Below are positions 1 through 10,200 of a stretch of 64,000 nt of DNA, in pieces. Made by a program: the position numbers and the translations under genes. How positions within the stretch are numbered: position 1 is the stretch's first letter; the number at the start of each line of letters is the position of its first letter. The notes under the pieces are model-generated. The model did no database searches. It had not been told where the DNA came from and saw only the letters and a list, made by a program, of their open reading frames with translations. Source of the DNA: a virus; the IMG/VR virus record IMGVR_UViG_3300033821_000019, positions 14,381 to 78,380 of that record; one strand, given 5' to 3'.

Positions 1-157
1 TTATATCTCTGGCGATTCTAACATTGCCATTACCAGCATAGCTCCATTCCTTCTTTGGATTGTAAAGGATAGAGGCTATGGGCAAGTCAATTTCGAATGT
101 TCTTGCTTTGTTAGAAGCTTCCAAAAGGCATTTATCGTTATCGCAGCGTCTATTCAT
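1..157 (-). CDS. Hypothetical protein, N-terminal part only (runs off window); MNRRCDNDKCLLEASNKARTFEIDLP...
   Basis: ATG at 157, open to the window edge; its N-terminus is a diverged copy of the peptide at 809-907. Confidence 0.7.
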   Translation of the reverse strand, partial: MNRRCDNDKCLLEASNKARTFEIDLPIASILYNPKKEWSYAGNGNVRIARDI

Positions 158-161
158 TGTT

Positions 162-875
162 TTAACTCTTGATTTTGTCTTTTTTGGTGAGGTTATCTTT
201 AGCCCACAAAGGTTGCAAATTCATATAATTGAAACACTTTTTCTGTTCGTTCTCTTTTGTCAAATCAAACGCAGAACACGGAATAATGTGGTCAACGTGC
301 CAGCCACGCAGTCCATGATTTTCCCAAGTCATTCCTTTTGTAAATTGTTTTTCAAGATGCTTTTTTAAATCTTCAATCGAACAACCCAACAATTTCGCAG
401 TGTTATTCGATTTGGGTGTTTTTCGTAATGCAACAAGTATTCTGATTCTAAGACTGTTTTTTAGTCTGAATTCCGGGTCTGTTTTCATTTTCTCTTTGTA
501 ACGCAACCTAGCCATAAGTTTCCAATGTTCTGTGTTTTTTTCTCGCCATTCTTTATGTTGTTCATAAACTTTTTCTTTGTTTTTCTTGCTATAATCTTTT
601 GCTTTTTCTATTCTTAGTTCTCTGTTCTTGCCATACCATATTTTATATTTTTCACTAATTTCTTTCTTTTTTGTTTGATACCTGTTTTTTGCATATTCTC
701 TCATTCTTCCACCGTTCTCTCTCCATCTTTTTCTTGACATTTCTTTTTCATAGTTTTTAGCACAAGGAAGACAAGTGCCCTTGTTTTTCCTAAATTCTTC
801 TATAGGCTTCATAAGATTGCAAATAGTACATTTTTTAAAAACGACTTTGCCTTCTGAGATGCTTCCAGAAGGCAT
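162..875 (-). CDS. Free-standing HNH homing endonuclease
   Basis: N-terminal CxxC...CxxC, long K/R/E-rich helical region, C-terminal WHVDHIIP...NLQPLW..DN HNH motif. Confidence 0.85.
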   Translation of the reverse strand: MPSGSISEGKVVFKKCTICNLMKPIEEFRKNKGTCLPCAKNYEKEMSRKRWRENGGRMREYAKNRYQTKKKEISEKYKIWYGKNRELRIEKAKDYSKKNKEKVYEQHKEWREKNTEHWKLMARLRYKEKMKTDPEFRLKNSLRIRILVALRKTPKSNNTAKLLGCSIEDLKKHLEKQFTKGMTWENHGLRGWHVDHIIPCSAFDLTKENEQKKCFNYMNLQPLWAKDNLTKKDKIKS

Positions 876-907
876 TTATCACTATTGCAACGACGCAATT
901 CAGTCAC
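809..907 (-). pseudogene. Orphaned original 5' end of the downstream gene (MTELRRCNSDKCLLEASQKAKSF...stop, 32 aa)
   Basis: GAGGT RBS then GTG at 907; peptide aligns with the N-terminus starting at 157; overlaps the HNH start in another frame. Confidence 0.65.
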
Positions 908-973
908 GATATTATACCTCTTACAAGCAATGTTGGGAGAGGGTCTAATATAATGACCCTCCCCCATAGTGAC

Positions 974-1276
974 TTATACGTTTGAAGCGTTGTTGCTATT
1001 GACGTTGTAAGCCGATTTCACAGGCTTACGAACAAGGTCCACGCCATTCTTAAGGACACCGGCTGGTTTCTTGCCCATGCCTTCGTCATTCATGGTTTCC
1101 GTATCAATGGTAGGCTGTTTCTTTCCACCTAGAGCATTGACTTGGAAATAACCGGCTGGCGTTGCAACTTTTGCAGCCTTCTCGTAATCCTGTTCCACTT
1201 CATTAGCTAACGCACGTGCTTTACCAGCGCACGGTGCCTGATAGCTCTTTCTATTGAATGATGCTGGTGCTGGCAT
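974..1276 (-). CDS. Hypothetical protein (possible virion protein)
   Basis: 100-aa ORF with AAGGAGA RBS in the late block. Confidence 0.7.
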   Translation of the reverse strand: MPAPASFNRKSYQAPCAGKARALANEVEQDYEKAAKVATPAGYFQVNALGGKKQPTIDTETMNDEGMGKKPAGVLKNGVDLVRKPVKSAYNVNSNNASNV

Positions 1277-1354
1277 TTTCTTTCTCCTTTTTCTATGGTT
1301 TCCTTTATCTACACAATTCTAACGGTTCAATAATGTCCACGTTTTGAACGTAGT

Positions 1355-1837
1355 TTAATCGTCGTAATTTATTGCCTGTTTTAGCATTGAGAAAAATTCA
1401 CCGACTTGGCTCGACTGATTCTTTGGTCCATGTTTTCTCGCAAATTCGCCGCTAAATTTTCCTTCCACAATAGCCTTAGCATGTTGAAGAACTTTGTTTT
1501 TCCATGGTGCCTTTGACTTGCCCAAAGCTTTAACTACATTGATGAAATTTTCTTTTGAAGGAGCTTTGGTTATCAATTTATTTACTTCTGTAATCCCTTC
1601 ATCGTCTTTATGCGGAGTTTTAACAACATCATCAAACCAAGCATCTGTATGCGAGTCAAAAGTTCCAGACTTAGATTTATTCTCTTCTGGCTTCGTCTTT
1701 ACTACTTTGTGATTTCTCTTATCAGCATCAGGATGTTCCTTGAGATAGACTTGCATAGCTCTATCCGTTGGGAAATCAATGGCCAATAAACTCTGAGCTA
1801 CTTTAATTAATTCTGAGGCTACTAGTCTCTTATCCAT
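1355..1837 (-). CDS. Hypothetical protein with shared N-terminal VASELIKVA tag
   Basis: N-terminus MDKRLVASELIKVAQSLLA nearly identical to the next gene. Confidence 0.75.
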   Translation of the reverse strand: MDKRLVASELIKVAQSLLAIDFPTDRAMQVYLKEHPDADKRNHKVVKTKPEENKSKSGTFDSHTDAWFDDVVKTPHKDDEGITEVNKLITKAPSKENFINVVKALGKSKAPWKNKVLQHAKAIVEGKFSGEFARKHGPKNQSSQVGEFFSMLKQAINYDD

Positions 1838-1848
1838 TTGTTTTTCCT

Positions 1849-2082
1849 TTATATGACTTTGTTAGACGGTATTTTCCAACCACAGCCAGGACAAATGTAA
1901 ATTTTAACACCCCTCGAAAATGGTTGGCGTTCCATAATATCTTTACATTTAGGACATATACAAGACTCTTTTTCTACTTCACCTTTTGAACGCTTGTAAA
2001 CTCTTCCAACATCATGATGATAAACAGCCAATAAACTTCTGGCTACTTTAATTAGTTCTGACGCTACTAATTTCTTGTCCAT
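1849..2082 (-). CDS. Small Zn-ribbon protein with VASELIKVA tag
   Basis: MDKKLVASELIKVARSLLA; CPKC...CPGC. Confidence 0.75.
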   Translation of the reverse strand: MDKKLVASELIKVARSLLAVYHHDVGRVYKRSKGEVEKESCICPKCKDIMERQPFSRGVKIYICPGCGWKIPSNKVI

Positions 2083-2093
2083 TTTGCTTCCTA

Positions 2094-2585
2094 TTAACTA
2101 ACTCTGCGCGATTGCAAGGTGTTATATGGCTCAGCTATTTTATTGGCTATCTTATTAATCATGCTACTGACTTGAGTAACTGCTTTCGGCAAATGTTCTT
2201 CTCTATCTTTCTTAACCAAATCTTGCATAATACTGAATCCACCGCCAACAGGCTTTTCAGCACCCCTATTTTCAGGCTTGCCGACTTCTGGACGATTGGG
2301 TGTTTCAGTCAAAGCGGCAACACATACTTCAGGACGTAATCTCGCACGGTAACGCTCATAAATCTTCTCATCCATAAAATACGGATGCAGATGGATTTCA
2401 GTAGGGTCATGCTGCTTCACCAAACCACCACTCCATTCCACGTAAACCTTGTATTCTTTGCGGCAAATGTCTACAATGATACCGTAGAATATATTGTCAC
2501 TGCCGGGATAGAGTGGAGTGACAAAATCCCCAATTCTGAAAATATCAATTGGGTCTACAAAGGTTGTACTGTAAGTGCTTGGCAT
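2094..2585 (-). CDS. Hypothetical protein (SH3/KOW-like N-terminus)
   Basis: FRIGDFV...YGIIVDI...VYVEW pattern. Confidence 0.6.
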   Translation of the reverse strand: MPSTYSTTFVDPIDIFRIGDFVTPLYPGSDNIFYGIIVDICRKEYKVYVEWSGGLVKQHDPTEIHLHPYFMDEKIYERYRARLRPEVCVAALTETPNRPEVGKPENRGAEKPVGGGFSIMQDLVKKDREEHLPKAVTQVSSMINKIANKIAEPYNTLQSRRVS

Positions 2586-2687
2586 AGCCTGCTCCCTCTT
2601 GAGCTACTACATAATTGAAGCCAATAGAATAGCCTATTTAGCTTCTTCTATGATTTAAGAAATATAAAAAAAATATGAATGTTAGGA

Positions 2688-3683
2688 CTAGCGTATCTCT
2701 GTCGAGCAAGACCACTTACGAATCAACCTCAAATCTATGCCGTTAGGAGACATCCACTTGTATAGCTTTCTGGCTCTTTGTGCGTAGATATTAAAAGAGA
2801 AAAAGGTTGTTTTATTAGGTGTTTTTGAAATTTTTGGTGCTTTGCCGCCAACGACTTCTATTATCCTACATTTTAACCAAACCATAAACCGTTTATCAGT
2901 ACATCCGAAACCCATTCTATACCCATCTTTAGAGCGCGTACCATCACCATCAAAAAATCCTCTCACAAAATGTCTCACAAATCGCTTAGGTATTTTGGGG
3001 ATGCCTACTCCTACGAATGACTTACGTTGTATCAGGCCATATCGCTTAAATTTTTCATACACCCACACGCAGTTTGTAGACAATGCCCAATAAGTTTTTC
3101 CTTTTACTACACAAGGACATGGCTTTGCTTTCAACCCCATCCTTATACGTATGTCATCCAGAATTTGTTTGTCTTTTGAACTGATGCCACAAATCGGCAT
3201 AATCCTATCTTTTCTTCCATATCCCTTCTTAAAATATTTTCCAGTTGTTCCATCTGCCCACATATATCCTAAAACATATGCCAAGTCATTACTCCATTTG
3301 AAAAACGATTTATCTACTGATGTATCGGCCCTCCTGTTAAAGCCAACGTACTTTCCATTTCTTTTTATGAAACCTATGACGATATCATTAGTTGAATTGA
3401 TAAGAGGAGCAATTTTTGATGTACTAATTTGTGGGTACATATTGTAAATAATGCTTTTTTGTTCTTCGGTTAAATTTGTTGGCTTTGAACCTCTTTGGTC
3501 TGGCGGGCCTTCTATCTTGAATTTTTTAGCCCATTTTCTTACTATTCCTTCTGATAATTTTAGTTGAATGGATGATTGTTTCCATCCGTCAATTTTTAAT
3601 CGTTTGAGAAGGAAACTTCTTATCGCTTCTTTGCGTGTTTTTTCTATAAGCGTTTCTACCATTATTTTATCTCTATTTTCCAT
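2688..3683 (-). CDS. Free-standing LAGLIDADG homing endonuclease
   Basis: LAYVLGYMWADG and FVRGFFDGDG motifs, N-terminal HTH-like region. Confidence 0.85.
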   Translation of the reverse strand: MENRDKIMVETLIEKTRKEAIRSFLLKRLKIDGWKQSSIQLKLSEGIVRKWAKKFKIEGPPDQRGSKPTNLTEEQKSIIYNMYPQISTSKIAPLINSTNDIVIGFIKRNGKYVGFNRRADTSVDKSFFKWSNDLAYVLGYMWADGTTGKYFKKGYGRKDRIMPICGISSKDKQILDDIRIRMGLKAKPCPCVVKGKTYWALSTNCVWVYEKFKRYGLIQRKSFVGVGIPKIPKRFVRHFVRGFFDGDGTRSKDGYRMGFGCTDKRFMVWLKCRIIEVVGGKAPKISKTPNKTTFFSFNIYAQRARKLYKWMSPNGIDLRLIRKWSCSTEIR

Positions 3684-4078
3684 TTTGGTACGAACTTTTT
3701 TGGCAGGACAGCAACGTCTTTGATATTAGTCAAAGCGTAATTTTTGATGGTTCTATCGGCAACATCATAAGCGAATAACATCTTACGAATACCTATTTTA
3801 AGCTTTTTATATCTGTAACTATAAGGGCAGACAGTGTATTTTTTCGTTTGGCGGGTGGTGGTCTTCTTGTAGGTAATAGTTATTTGTACGGTATTTATGG
3901 CTGCTACACGAATAGCAAGACGTTTTTCTCTTAGACCATAGAGCGAACCTCTATTGGACCACTCTTTGATTTCTTCATGTGGTTTAGCCTTCTTTTTCAA
4001 AGGCTTACGACGCGGCTTAATTTGTTGTTCTTCAACAAATTCCTTGCGTTTGATAGCAGCTTGAATATTTCTTGGCAT
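3662..4078 (-). CDS. WYL-like (Sm/SH3-fold) domain protein
   Basis: ITITY...VCPYSY...LFAYD...IKNYALTNIKDV resembles the WYL pattern. Confidence 0.55.
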   Translation of the reverse strand: MPRNIQAAIKRKEFVEEQQIKPRRKPLKKKAKPHEEIKEWSNRGSLYGLREKRLAIRVAAINTVQITITYKKTTTRQTKKYTVCPYSYRYKKLKIGIRKMLFAYDVADRTIKNYALTNIKDVAVLPKKFVPKWKIEIK

Positions 4079-4091
4079 TTATGCGGCTTCC

Positions 4092-4415
4092 TTAAAATTG
4101 ATTTGGCCCTGCTGTAACGGGGTCTTGAATACCGTTTCTATCTGGCTCCCCTGAAATACCTTCTTTATCAATGTCATCCATATAATTCAAATCATCTTGA
4201 GTGGGTGGGTCTGTTGGGAAAAGAGCGGGATTATTTGACCATGAAGTACATGCAACACCTAGCATAGTATCCACTTCTTTTCCAGAGTTAATATATATTT
4301 CTCTGCGCAACCAATAAAAAGTTCGACATTGTTTTGTATGAACACAGGACGTGCATCCTTGTCCTCTTGGGCGAACAATAGTTCCAATAACCGGGTCTGG
4401 AAACGTCAATGCCAT
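4092..4415 (-). CDS. Hypothetical Cys-containing protein
   Basis: 107-aa ORF, CTSC...C...C. Confidence 0.6.
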   Translation of the reverse strand: MALTFPDPVIGTIVRPRGQGCTSCVHTKQCRTFYWLRREIYINSGKEVDTMLGVACTSWSNNPALFPTDPPTQDDLNYMDDIDKEGISGEPDRNGIQDPVTAGPNQF

Positions 4416-4416
4416 T

Positions 4417-4677
4417 TTATTCTACCTCAAACGAATCCATTATCTTTGCTATGTCTGCCGTATAAGGTGCCACTCCATCATTAAGCAGTTCTTTCATTTG
4501 TTCTACCTTGGCCTTTTCTTCAACTGTCTCTGGCCTGACAGCATCCAACTGTTTACCTATAATCATAATTGAAGAAATTATGACATCAAGTTGCTCATCT
4601 ATTTGCATATAAGGGTCAGCACCTGTTTCATCAGAAGCTATTTTATTGGCTATGTTCTCGATGATATTACCCTCCAT
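4417..4677 (-). CDS. Hypothetical acidic helical protein
   Basis: 86-aa ORF abutting its neighbours. Confidence 0.65.
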   Translation of the reverse strand: MEGNIIENIANKIASDETGADPYMQIDEQLDVIISSIMIIGKQLDAVRPETVEEKAKVEQMKELLNDGVAPYTADIAKIMDSFEVE

Positions 4678-4681
4678 TTCT

Positions 4682-7600
4682 TTAATCCTTTCTCAAATCC
4701 GGGTCTTTGTTGATATCTGAATCTTTTTCGCCCTTGGTTAGATTTTTAGTCCTGTAAAAATTCTTCGTATCTGTTCTGGATGGCTTAAATTCAGGCTCTC
4801 GCAATCGCGTCTTGCTAGAACCACCAGTATCATTCATTAAATCCTTGTCCTTGTGTTGTGCAATAAAAGGCACATATTCCATTTCAAATTCGGCGGCTAT
4901 TCTGGAGCTTATACTGTCTTCTAATAATGAAGACCGTTTCATTTTGTCACCGAAAAATGCTGCCAACGCTGCAAAGAAATTCTCACCCTCTTTATTACCC
5001 ATCTTTTCGTAGAATGCTTTTCTCTGATTATCTGACAAGCTCTGGAACCATTGGATTATTTTCTTGGATTCTGCTTTTGCATCACCTTTCTCTTGCGGGG
5101 TTTTTGACCCTTTCTGTTTTTGTATATAATCGTGGAAAGCACCTTTCTCTTTATCGTCTAGCTTTTCACCCTTAATTCTTCGCGTTTTTGTTTCAGTGGG
5201 AAGCGGTGGAAGCTCTGGTTCTGGCTTTGCTTCTTCTTTTGGTGCCTCAGTCTTTGGTGTTTCTGGTGTTTGTTCTTCTTCTGATTCTACTGATTCTGGA
5301 ACCTCTGCTATTTCAGAAGGCTTATTCTTTTGATACCAAGAAACCATGCCTTTGCCTATTTCATCGGCATCGTATGTTCCATCTTGCTTTTTCGTCAGAC
5401 TTTGCAGAACATTACGCATTATTTTCTTTTGTTCTTTTGGTTTTAATGTTGTGTAAGAATCCCATACTTGGTCAATATCTGGATGCTGAGCCAAAGCCAA
5501 TTCAAAACCACCAGCTTTCGGACCCAAGCTATCCAATCGTGTTTCAACCAATTCACGTTTATACTTCACTTTTTCATAAGGACGTTTCAAAACGCCTTCA
5601 TTTTTCGGTTTAAGAGTGACTGTATCTCCTTCAGTTGTAACGTCGAAAGAATCTGCTACTACATCATTTGATTCCCAATTGTCACCAAATGACTTACGCA
5701 TATCTGTATGAGACGTTGCGGTTTGCTTATCTGGACTCTGTTTAATCTTATGAAGAATGTCATGGTAAGCTTTCTTTTCGCCAGCATGTTCTTGTTTAAG
5801 AGCCGGTAGTTGAACCTTTTTCTTGGCAGGGGCTTTTGGTGTTGGTTTTATTGGCTTTGGTTCTTCCTTCTTTGGTTCAGAAATAGGTTCAACAGGTTTT
5901 GGCGTGGCTGGTTCTGTCTGTTCTGGTGCAGCAGGGGCAGGCTCAATTTCTGGTGGGTTGACTGGCACAGGTGGAGTAATTGGTTGCGCAGGTTTTTGTT
6001 CTGGAGCAGGAGTTGTTACTGGTGCTACTGGTGCTACTGGCGCAGCCTCTGATTGAGTCGGTGCTGTTGGTGCTGGTTGCGCTACGCTTTCTGCTGGTGG
6101 TGCCGGTGGAACCACTGGTGCTGCTGGCGTAGGTTGTATTGATTCTGGTGCTGTTGATACTGCGGGCTTTGTTTCACCTTCTGTTGGTGTAGCTTCAGTA
6201 GCATAAGGTGGAGTATGCCAAATACCATCACCATACTCGTTCATGTCATTCAATTCTTTTTTGACATCATCTGGCAACTCAGAATATTTATATTCCATAC
6301 CAGTAGATACATCCACTAAAACCATATCATCTGTAAACTCTTCTACTGCTTTGCGCGTAAAGCCTCTACTTTCCATATCCTTGTCAAAGTTCTTATTTGT
6401 GTGATGCAAAGGTCTTCTAGGATTAAACCAAGGATGCTTCTTGGCTGCTTCTTCTGGTGTTATTTCCGGTTTGGCTTCTGGCTCAGCTTCACCTTCTGGC
6501 TTAGCCTCACCTTCTGGCTTAGCCTCACCTTCTGGCTTAGCCTCACCTTCTGGTTTAGCTTCACCTTCTGGTTTAGCTTCACCTTCTGGTTTAGCTTCAC
6601 CTTCTGGTTTAGCTTCTGCCGGTGCTGGTTGGACCGGGGGTGTTGGTGGTGCTGTTGGTTGCGCTGGTTGTGGTGCTGCTGGCTGCGCAGACTGTGGCGA
6701 TATAGGTTGCGCTGGTGCTGGTGTTGGTGCTATTGGAGCCGGTGGAACCACTGGTGGTGCCGGTGCTGCTGGTTGTGGCGGTTGTGGCGGTTGTGTTGGT
6801 TGTGGTGCTGCTGGTGGAGCCACTTCACCCGGTGCTGGCTTTTTTTCGCCTTCTGCTGGTACAGGTTGCGGTGGTTGTGAAGTAGGCGATTGACCTTCTT
6901 CCGTTGGTTTTCCTTTTCCACCTTGAAGTTCTTCGGGACTAGGTTTCCCGGTTGGTTCTGTAATTTGTGTACGTGTGGCAGTTCCACCTTTGCCGTCAGT
7001 ATATGTCCAACGGAACGCATCAGAACCTGGAGCTTTGTCTCCCTTTTCCCATCTAGCTATTCTAATAGACGCATTCATTGCCGTAAGAATGTTGACCGCA
7101 TAATCAGCATAGTGAGCAACAAGCATGTCAACTTCAGCAGCTTTTTTGACCTTCCCATTATCCAGCATCTTGTGCATCATGTCTACTACTTTATCAATGA
7201 TACTCCAAATCTTATCCTTTTGAGCATAACCCTGTTTGTCTTGCTCTGTCTTTTCTTTCTTCTTTTGTTCCTTATCGGCCAGCGATTGTTCTTCTTGTTT
7301 ACTTTGACTGAAGATTTTTTGGTCAACACTTTTAATTTTCTCGACAGCATCACCAAACTGTTTCATTACATTCTGTACGTCTTCGTCTGTTACTTCATCG
7401 TCCGCAGCTTTCAATAAAGCAGCCACCTTAATACCAATAGCCTTCAATGCTTCTTTGGTCTTTTCTTCATCAGCTTCTTCGTCTTCAGAATCCCCAGAAC
7501 TCTCTTCTCCCATGACTTCCTTCAAGGATTCTTCAATGTCTTTTCGTAACTGAGTATCGTCGTCAGAATCATCTGTCTCTTTTTCTGGTACTTCAATTCC

Positions 7601-7945
7601 CGTATCCTTTAATGCTTCTTCAACGTCTTTTAACTGAGATTCATCTTCTTTTCCCGGCACTTCAATCCCCACATCAGTCAATGCTTCTTCAACGTCCTTT
7701 AACTGTGCATCTGATTCTGGCGCTTCAGTATCTTTGAAATCTTCATCGGTCAATTCTATTGATTTACTCCCAACACCAACACCTTTAGATTCTCCTGTAC
7801 CTTCTTCTTTTGCAGGAGCTTCCCCCATATTTCTCAATGATAGGTTTTTGACATCAATACCGTGGGCAGGAGATGCTTCACCGCGCAGCTTCTCCTTGAC
7901 CTTTCGGATAATAAGCTCTCTCAAATCTTCAGCAGTTAGTTCCAT
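4682..7945 (-). CDS. Large low-complexity Pro/Glu/Lys/Ala-rich protein, probably head-associated
   Basis: 1087 aa directly downstream of the portal; extensive PAAP/EAKPEG repeats. Confidence 0.7.
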   Translation of the reverse strand: MELTAEDLRELIIRKVKEKLRGEASPAHGIDVKNLSLRNMGEAPAKEEGTGESKGVGVGSKSIELTDEDFKDTEAPESDAQLKDVEEALTDVGIEVPGKEDESQLKDVEEALKDTGIEVPEKETDDSDDDTQLRKDIEESLKEVMGEESSGDSEDEEADEEKTKEALKAIGIKVAALLKAADDEVTDEDVQNVMKQFGDAVEKIKSVDQKIFSQSKQEEQSLADKEQKKKEKTEQDKQGYAQKDKIWSIIDKVVDMMHKMLDNGKVKKAAEVDMLVAHYADYAVNILTAMNASIRIARWEKGDKAPGSDAFRWTYTDGKGGTATRTQITEPTGKPSPEELQGGKGKPTEEGQSPTSQPPQPVPAEGEKKPAPGEVAPPAAPQPTQPPQPPQPAAPAPPVVPPAPIAPTPAPAQPISPQSAQPAAPQPAQPTAPPTPPVQPAPAEAKPEGEAKPEGEAKPEGEAKPEGEAKPEGEAKPEGEAKPEGEAEPEAKPEITPEEAAKKHPWFNPRRPLHHTNKNFDKDMESRGFTRKAVEEFTDDMVLVDVSTGMEYKYSELPDDVKKELNDMNEYGDGIWHTPPYATEATPTEGETKPAVSTAPESIQPTPAAPVVPPAPPAESVAQPAPTAPTQSEAAPVAPVAPVTTPAPEQKPAQPITPPVPVNPPEIEPAPAAPEQTEPATPKPVEPISEPKKEEPKPIKPTPKAPAKKKVQLPALKQEHAGEKKAYHDILHKIKQSPDKQTATSHTDMRKSFGDNWESNDVVADSFDVTTEGDTVTLKPKNEGVLKRPYEKVKYKRELVETRLDSLGPKAGGFELALAQHPDIDQVWDSYTTLKPKEQKKIMRNVLQSLTKKQDGTYDADEIGKGMVSWYQKNKPSEIAEVPESVESEEEQTPETPKTEAPKEEAKPEPELPPLPTETKTRRIKGEKLDDKEKGAFHDYIQKQKGSKTPQEKGDAKAESKKIIQWFQSLSDNQRKAFYEKMGNKEGENFFAALAAFFGDKMKRSSLLEDSISSRIAAEFEMEYVPFIAQHKDKDLMNDTGGSSKTRLREPEFKPSRTDTKNFYRTKNLTKGEKDSDINKDPDLRKD
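6491..6616. repeat. 7 x 18-bp tandem repeat encoding (EAKPEG)7
   Basis: accttctggcttagcctc x3 followed by accttctggtttagcttc x4. Confidence 0.95.
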
Positions 7946-7947
7946 TG

Positions 7948-10188
7948 TTATTCCGCTTTCTCTTCTGGTTTGGTGTCTTCAGGTTTATCTTCCTTCTTTT
8001 TTCCCGGCTTTTTCTCTTGGTTTGTTTCTTCTAATATCTTGTCAACTACTTTTTCTATATCTTCATCCGTTGCATCTTCACCAAGTTCCTTCGTAATAGT
8101 TTCGGCTGCGTCTTCTGCTTGACTCTCTAAGCCATTCTTGGCATCTTCTTGCTCTTTATCAACTTCTTCTTGTTTTGTGTTTAATACCTTATCAACTGCC
8201 TTGCCAATATCTTCGTCAGTAGCATTTTCATCCAAACCTTCACTAATGCTTTGTGCCACTTCTTCAACTTGTTTTGGCTCCACTTCAGAGCTATCTGGTA
8301 GCTTAGTTTCCTCAGTTGCTGACGCTGCTGCCGGTTGTTCTGGTGCAACTTCCGCTGGTGCTTCTTCTGCCGGTGCTTGTTCATCAGAAGCACCTTGCCC
8401 TAAATCAAAGCCTCCACCACCGTCTCCACCGCCTTCTGCACCGCCTTCTCCTTCTGGTGGTTGCGCCATATTAAGATGTAGATATTTGGCAACTCTCGGT
8501 AAGATGTCAGTCTTTTCTACTAATCCACGACCAACTTCAACATTCACTTCTTCCAATACACGATTAAATGTAGCGTCCTTGACAGTGAACAAATCATTGT
8601 AAATGCGTTCGTGAATTTCGTCCGTATTGAGATTGAACAACTCATAGATAATGTCAATCGGCATCGAACCCTTCTGATACAACTGGAAGAGGCTATCAAA
8701 TACTTCTTGATTATCACGAATGGACAATCTATTAAAGCCAAGCTTCGGATAGAAGTAGGTCTTGATTCCAAACTCGTCCGTGTCATACCAGCCATGTGCT
8801 TCGGCTACTGGTCTGAACAATGCCTTTTCCACATAGTTTTGCAGGATTTCTCTGGTTAACAAGAATACTGTGTTCAAGATTTCAACGGTGATTTTGTTTC
8901 CAGTATAGGTGCCTTCGCCTGTCAGCAATTCTCTGGTAACACCCAATCCAGCAAATACATGGTTTTCAATCATTTCATACTCGGCTTGCAAATCAAGCAA
9001 TCTCTGGTCTGCTCCAACTTGCTGCCAATCCCAATCGTAGTTGGTGATAATGGCGAAATCAGGGTCTAAATATGACAAGTCGAACTGCAATCTCAAATCG
9101 CCCAACTGTTCATCCGTAAGACCCGGTGCAGAAATTTTGTTCTTTGGTGTCATATTGCGTGTGGCTAGACCAAGCTGCGTATACCGGAAATTTTCTTTCA
9201 TCAACATTGGAACAAGTACACGTTCCAAAACACTTGCGCCCAAATCCAAATAAGGAGAGCGTCTGCGTGCCAAATGATGAACGAAAGAACCCGTGGAAGG
9301 GTCAGAATCCATCACAATACAGCCTTCTTCACGAATCATATTGACTATTTCTTCTGGTACTGATTTGATAATCTGCCTGTGCAAATCACTCATCATTTCG
9401 TCGGGAGCGTTCTTTGTAGCTTCAATGAGCGTCATCAATCTTTGCGGACGGTATTCCACCCTAGCATTTTCAGAGAATGGATATTGGAAAATACTGACTT
9501 CTTCTGGCGGCAGCATTACAACCCTATCCCACATTTTCAACTTAGGATTCCACTCATGGAACAAATAACAATTTCCTATCATGTTATATTCAAAAAGAAT
9601 AGCCTGCAATGTTTGAAATAAATTTAGCTTATCACACATACCAGTGAAAAAGCCATGTATTTTCTTCTTCAGTTCTTTGGGTTTGCCTTCCATTTTTGGC
9701 ATGTTCAAAGAAAGCTTTGACATTGGCAAGTCAGACAAAAGTTCCAATGCTCTACCGCAATAAGCATCTGTTCTTTGCCAATATCTGTACCATTCATACT
9801 TCTCTTTAAGCGTAACAGGCCAATACAGGATTCCACCATTTTGCTCATTCATCATAATGAAGTATGGTGGAATATCTCTCAAACCGCCAACTTGATTCAA
9901 GCCTTGGGCATATGATGATTGATAGGTAGAAAGAGTGCTTGTGCCTATAAGGGAATTTTCAATAGGCAAACTATCCATCATCATACCGGCAGTGCGTGTG
10001 CCTGCTCCACGACCAGCACGACCAAGCATGGCTACCTTGTTGCGTTCCATTTGTGAAACGATAGTTGCCTTCACCGGGTCAACATGGCGAGTAGTAACAC
10101 CGATATTTTTGACCCCACCCTTGAAAGAACCTTGTGGCACATTCGGGGAAGGATTATCTATAGGTGTAGTCTTTCTTGTTCGTGGCAT
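7948..10188 (-). CDS. Phage portal protein with acidic C-terminal extension
   Basis: 746 aa near terL; helical portal-like core (EYNMIGNCYLF, GASVLERVL, VFAGLGVTRELLTG). Confidence 0.7.
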   Translation of the reverse strand: MPRTRKTTPIDNPSPNVPQGSFKGGVKNIGVTTRHVDPVKATIVSQMERNKVAMLGRAGRGAGTRTAGMMMDSLPIENSLIGTSTLSTYQSSYAQGLNQVGGLRDIPPYFIMMNEQNGGILYWPVTLKEKYEWYRYWQRTDAYCGRALELLSDLPMSKLSLNMPKMEGKPKELKKKIHGFFTGMCDKLNLFQTLQAILFEYNMIGNCYLFHEWNPKLKMWDRVVMLPPEEVSIFQYPFSENARVEYRPQRLMTLIEATKNAPDEMMSDLHRQIIKSVPEEIVNMIREEGCIVMDSDPSTGSFVHHLARRRSPYLDLGASVLERVLVPMLMKENFRYTQLGLATRNMTPKNKISAPGLTDEQLGDLRLQFDLSYLDPDFAIITNYDWDWQQVGADQRLLDLQAEYEMIENHVFAGLGVTRELLTGEGTYTGNKITVEILNTVFLLTREILQNYVEKALFRPVAEAHGWYDTDEFGIKTYFYPKLGFNRLSIRDNQEVFDSLFQLYQKGSMPIDIIYELFNLNTDEIHERIYNDLFTVKDATFNRVLEEVNVEVGRGLVEKTDILPRVAKYLHLNMAQPPEGEGGAEGGGDGGGGFDLGQGASDEQAPAEEAPAEVAPEQPAAASATEETKLPDSSEVEPKQVEEVAQSISEGLDENATDEDIGKAVDKVLNTKQEEVDKEQEDAKNGLESQAEDAAETITKELGEDATDEDIEKVVDKILEETNQEKKPGKKKEDKPEDTKPEEKAE

Positions 10189-10200
10189 ATCGGAACGTCC

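Noticed and set aside
934-966. Hairpin tgggagagggtc/gaccctccccca as an intrinsic terminator
   Set aside because: The stem is real but lacks a clear U-tract on the coding strand, so its function cannot be called.
6491-6616. Tandem repeat as a CRISPR array
   Set aside because: Contiguous 18-bp in-frame coding repeats with no spacers and no cas genes.
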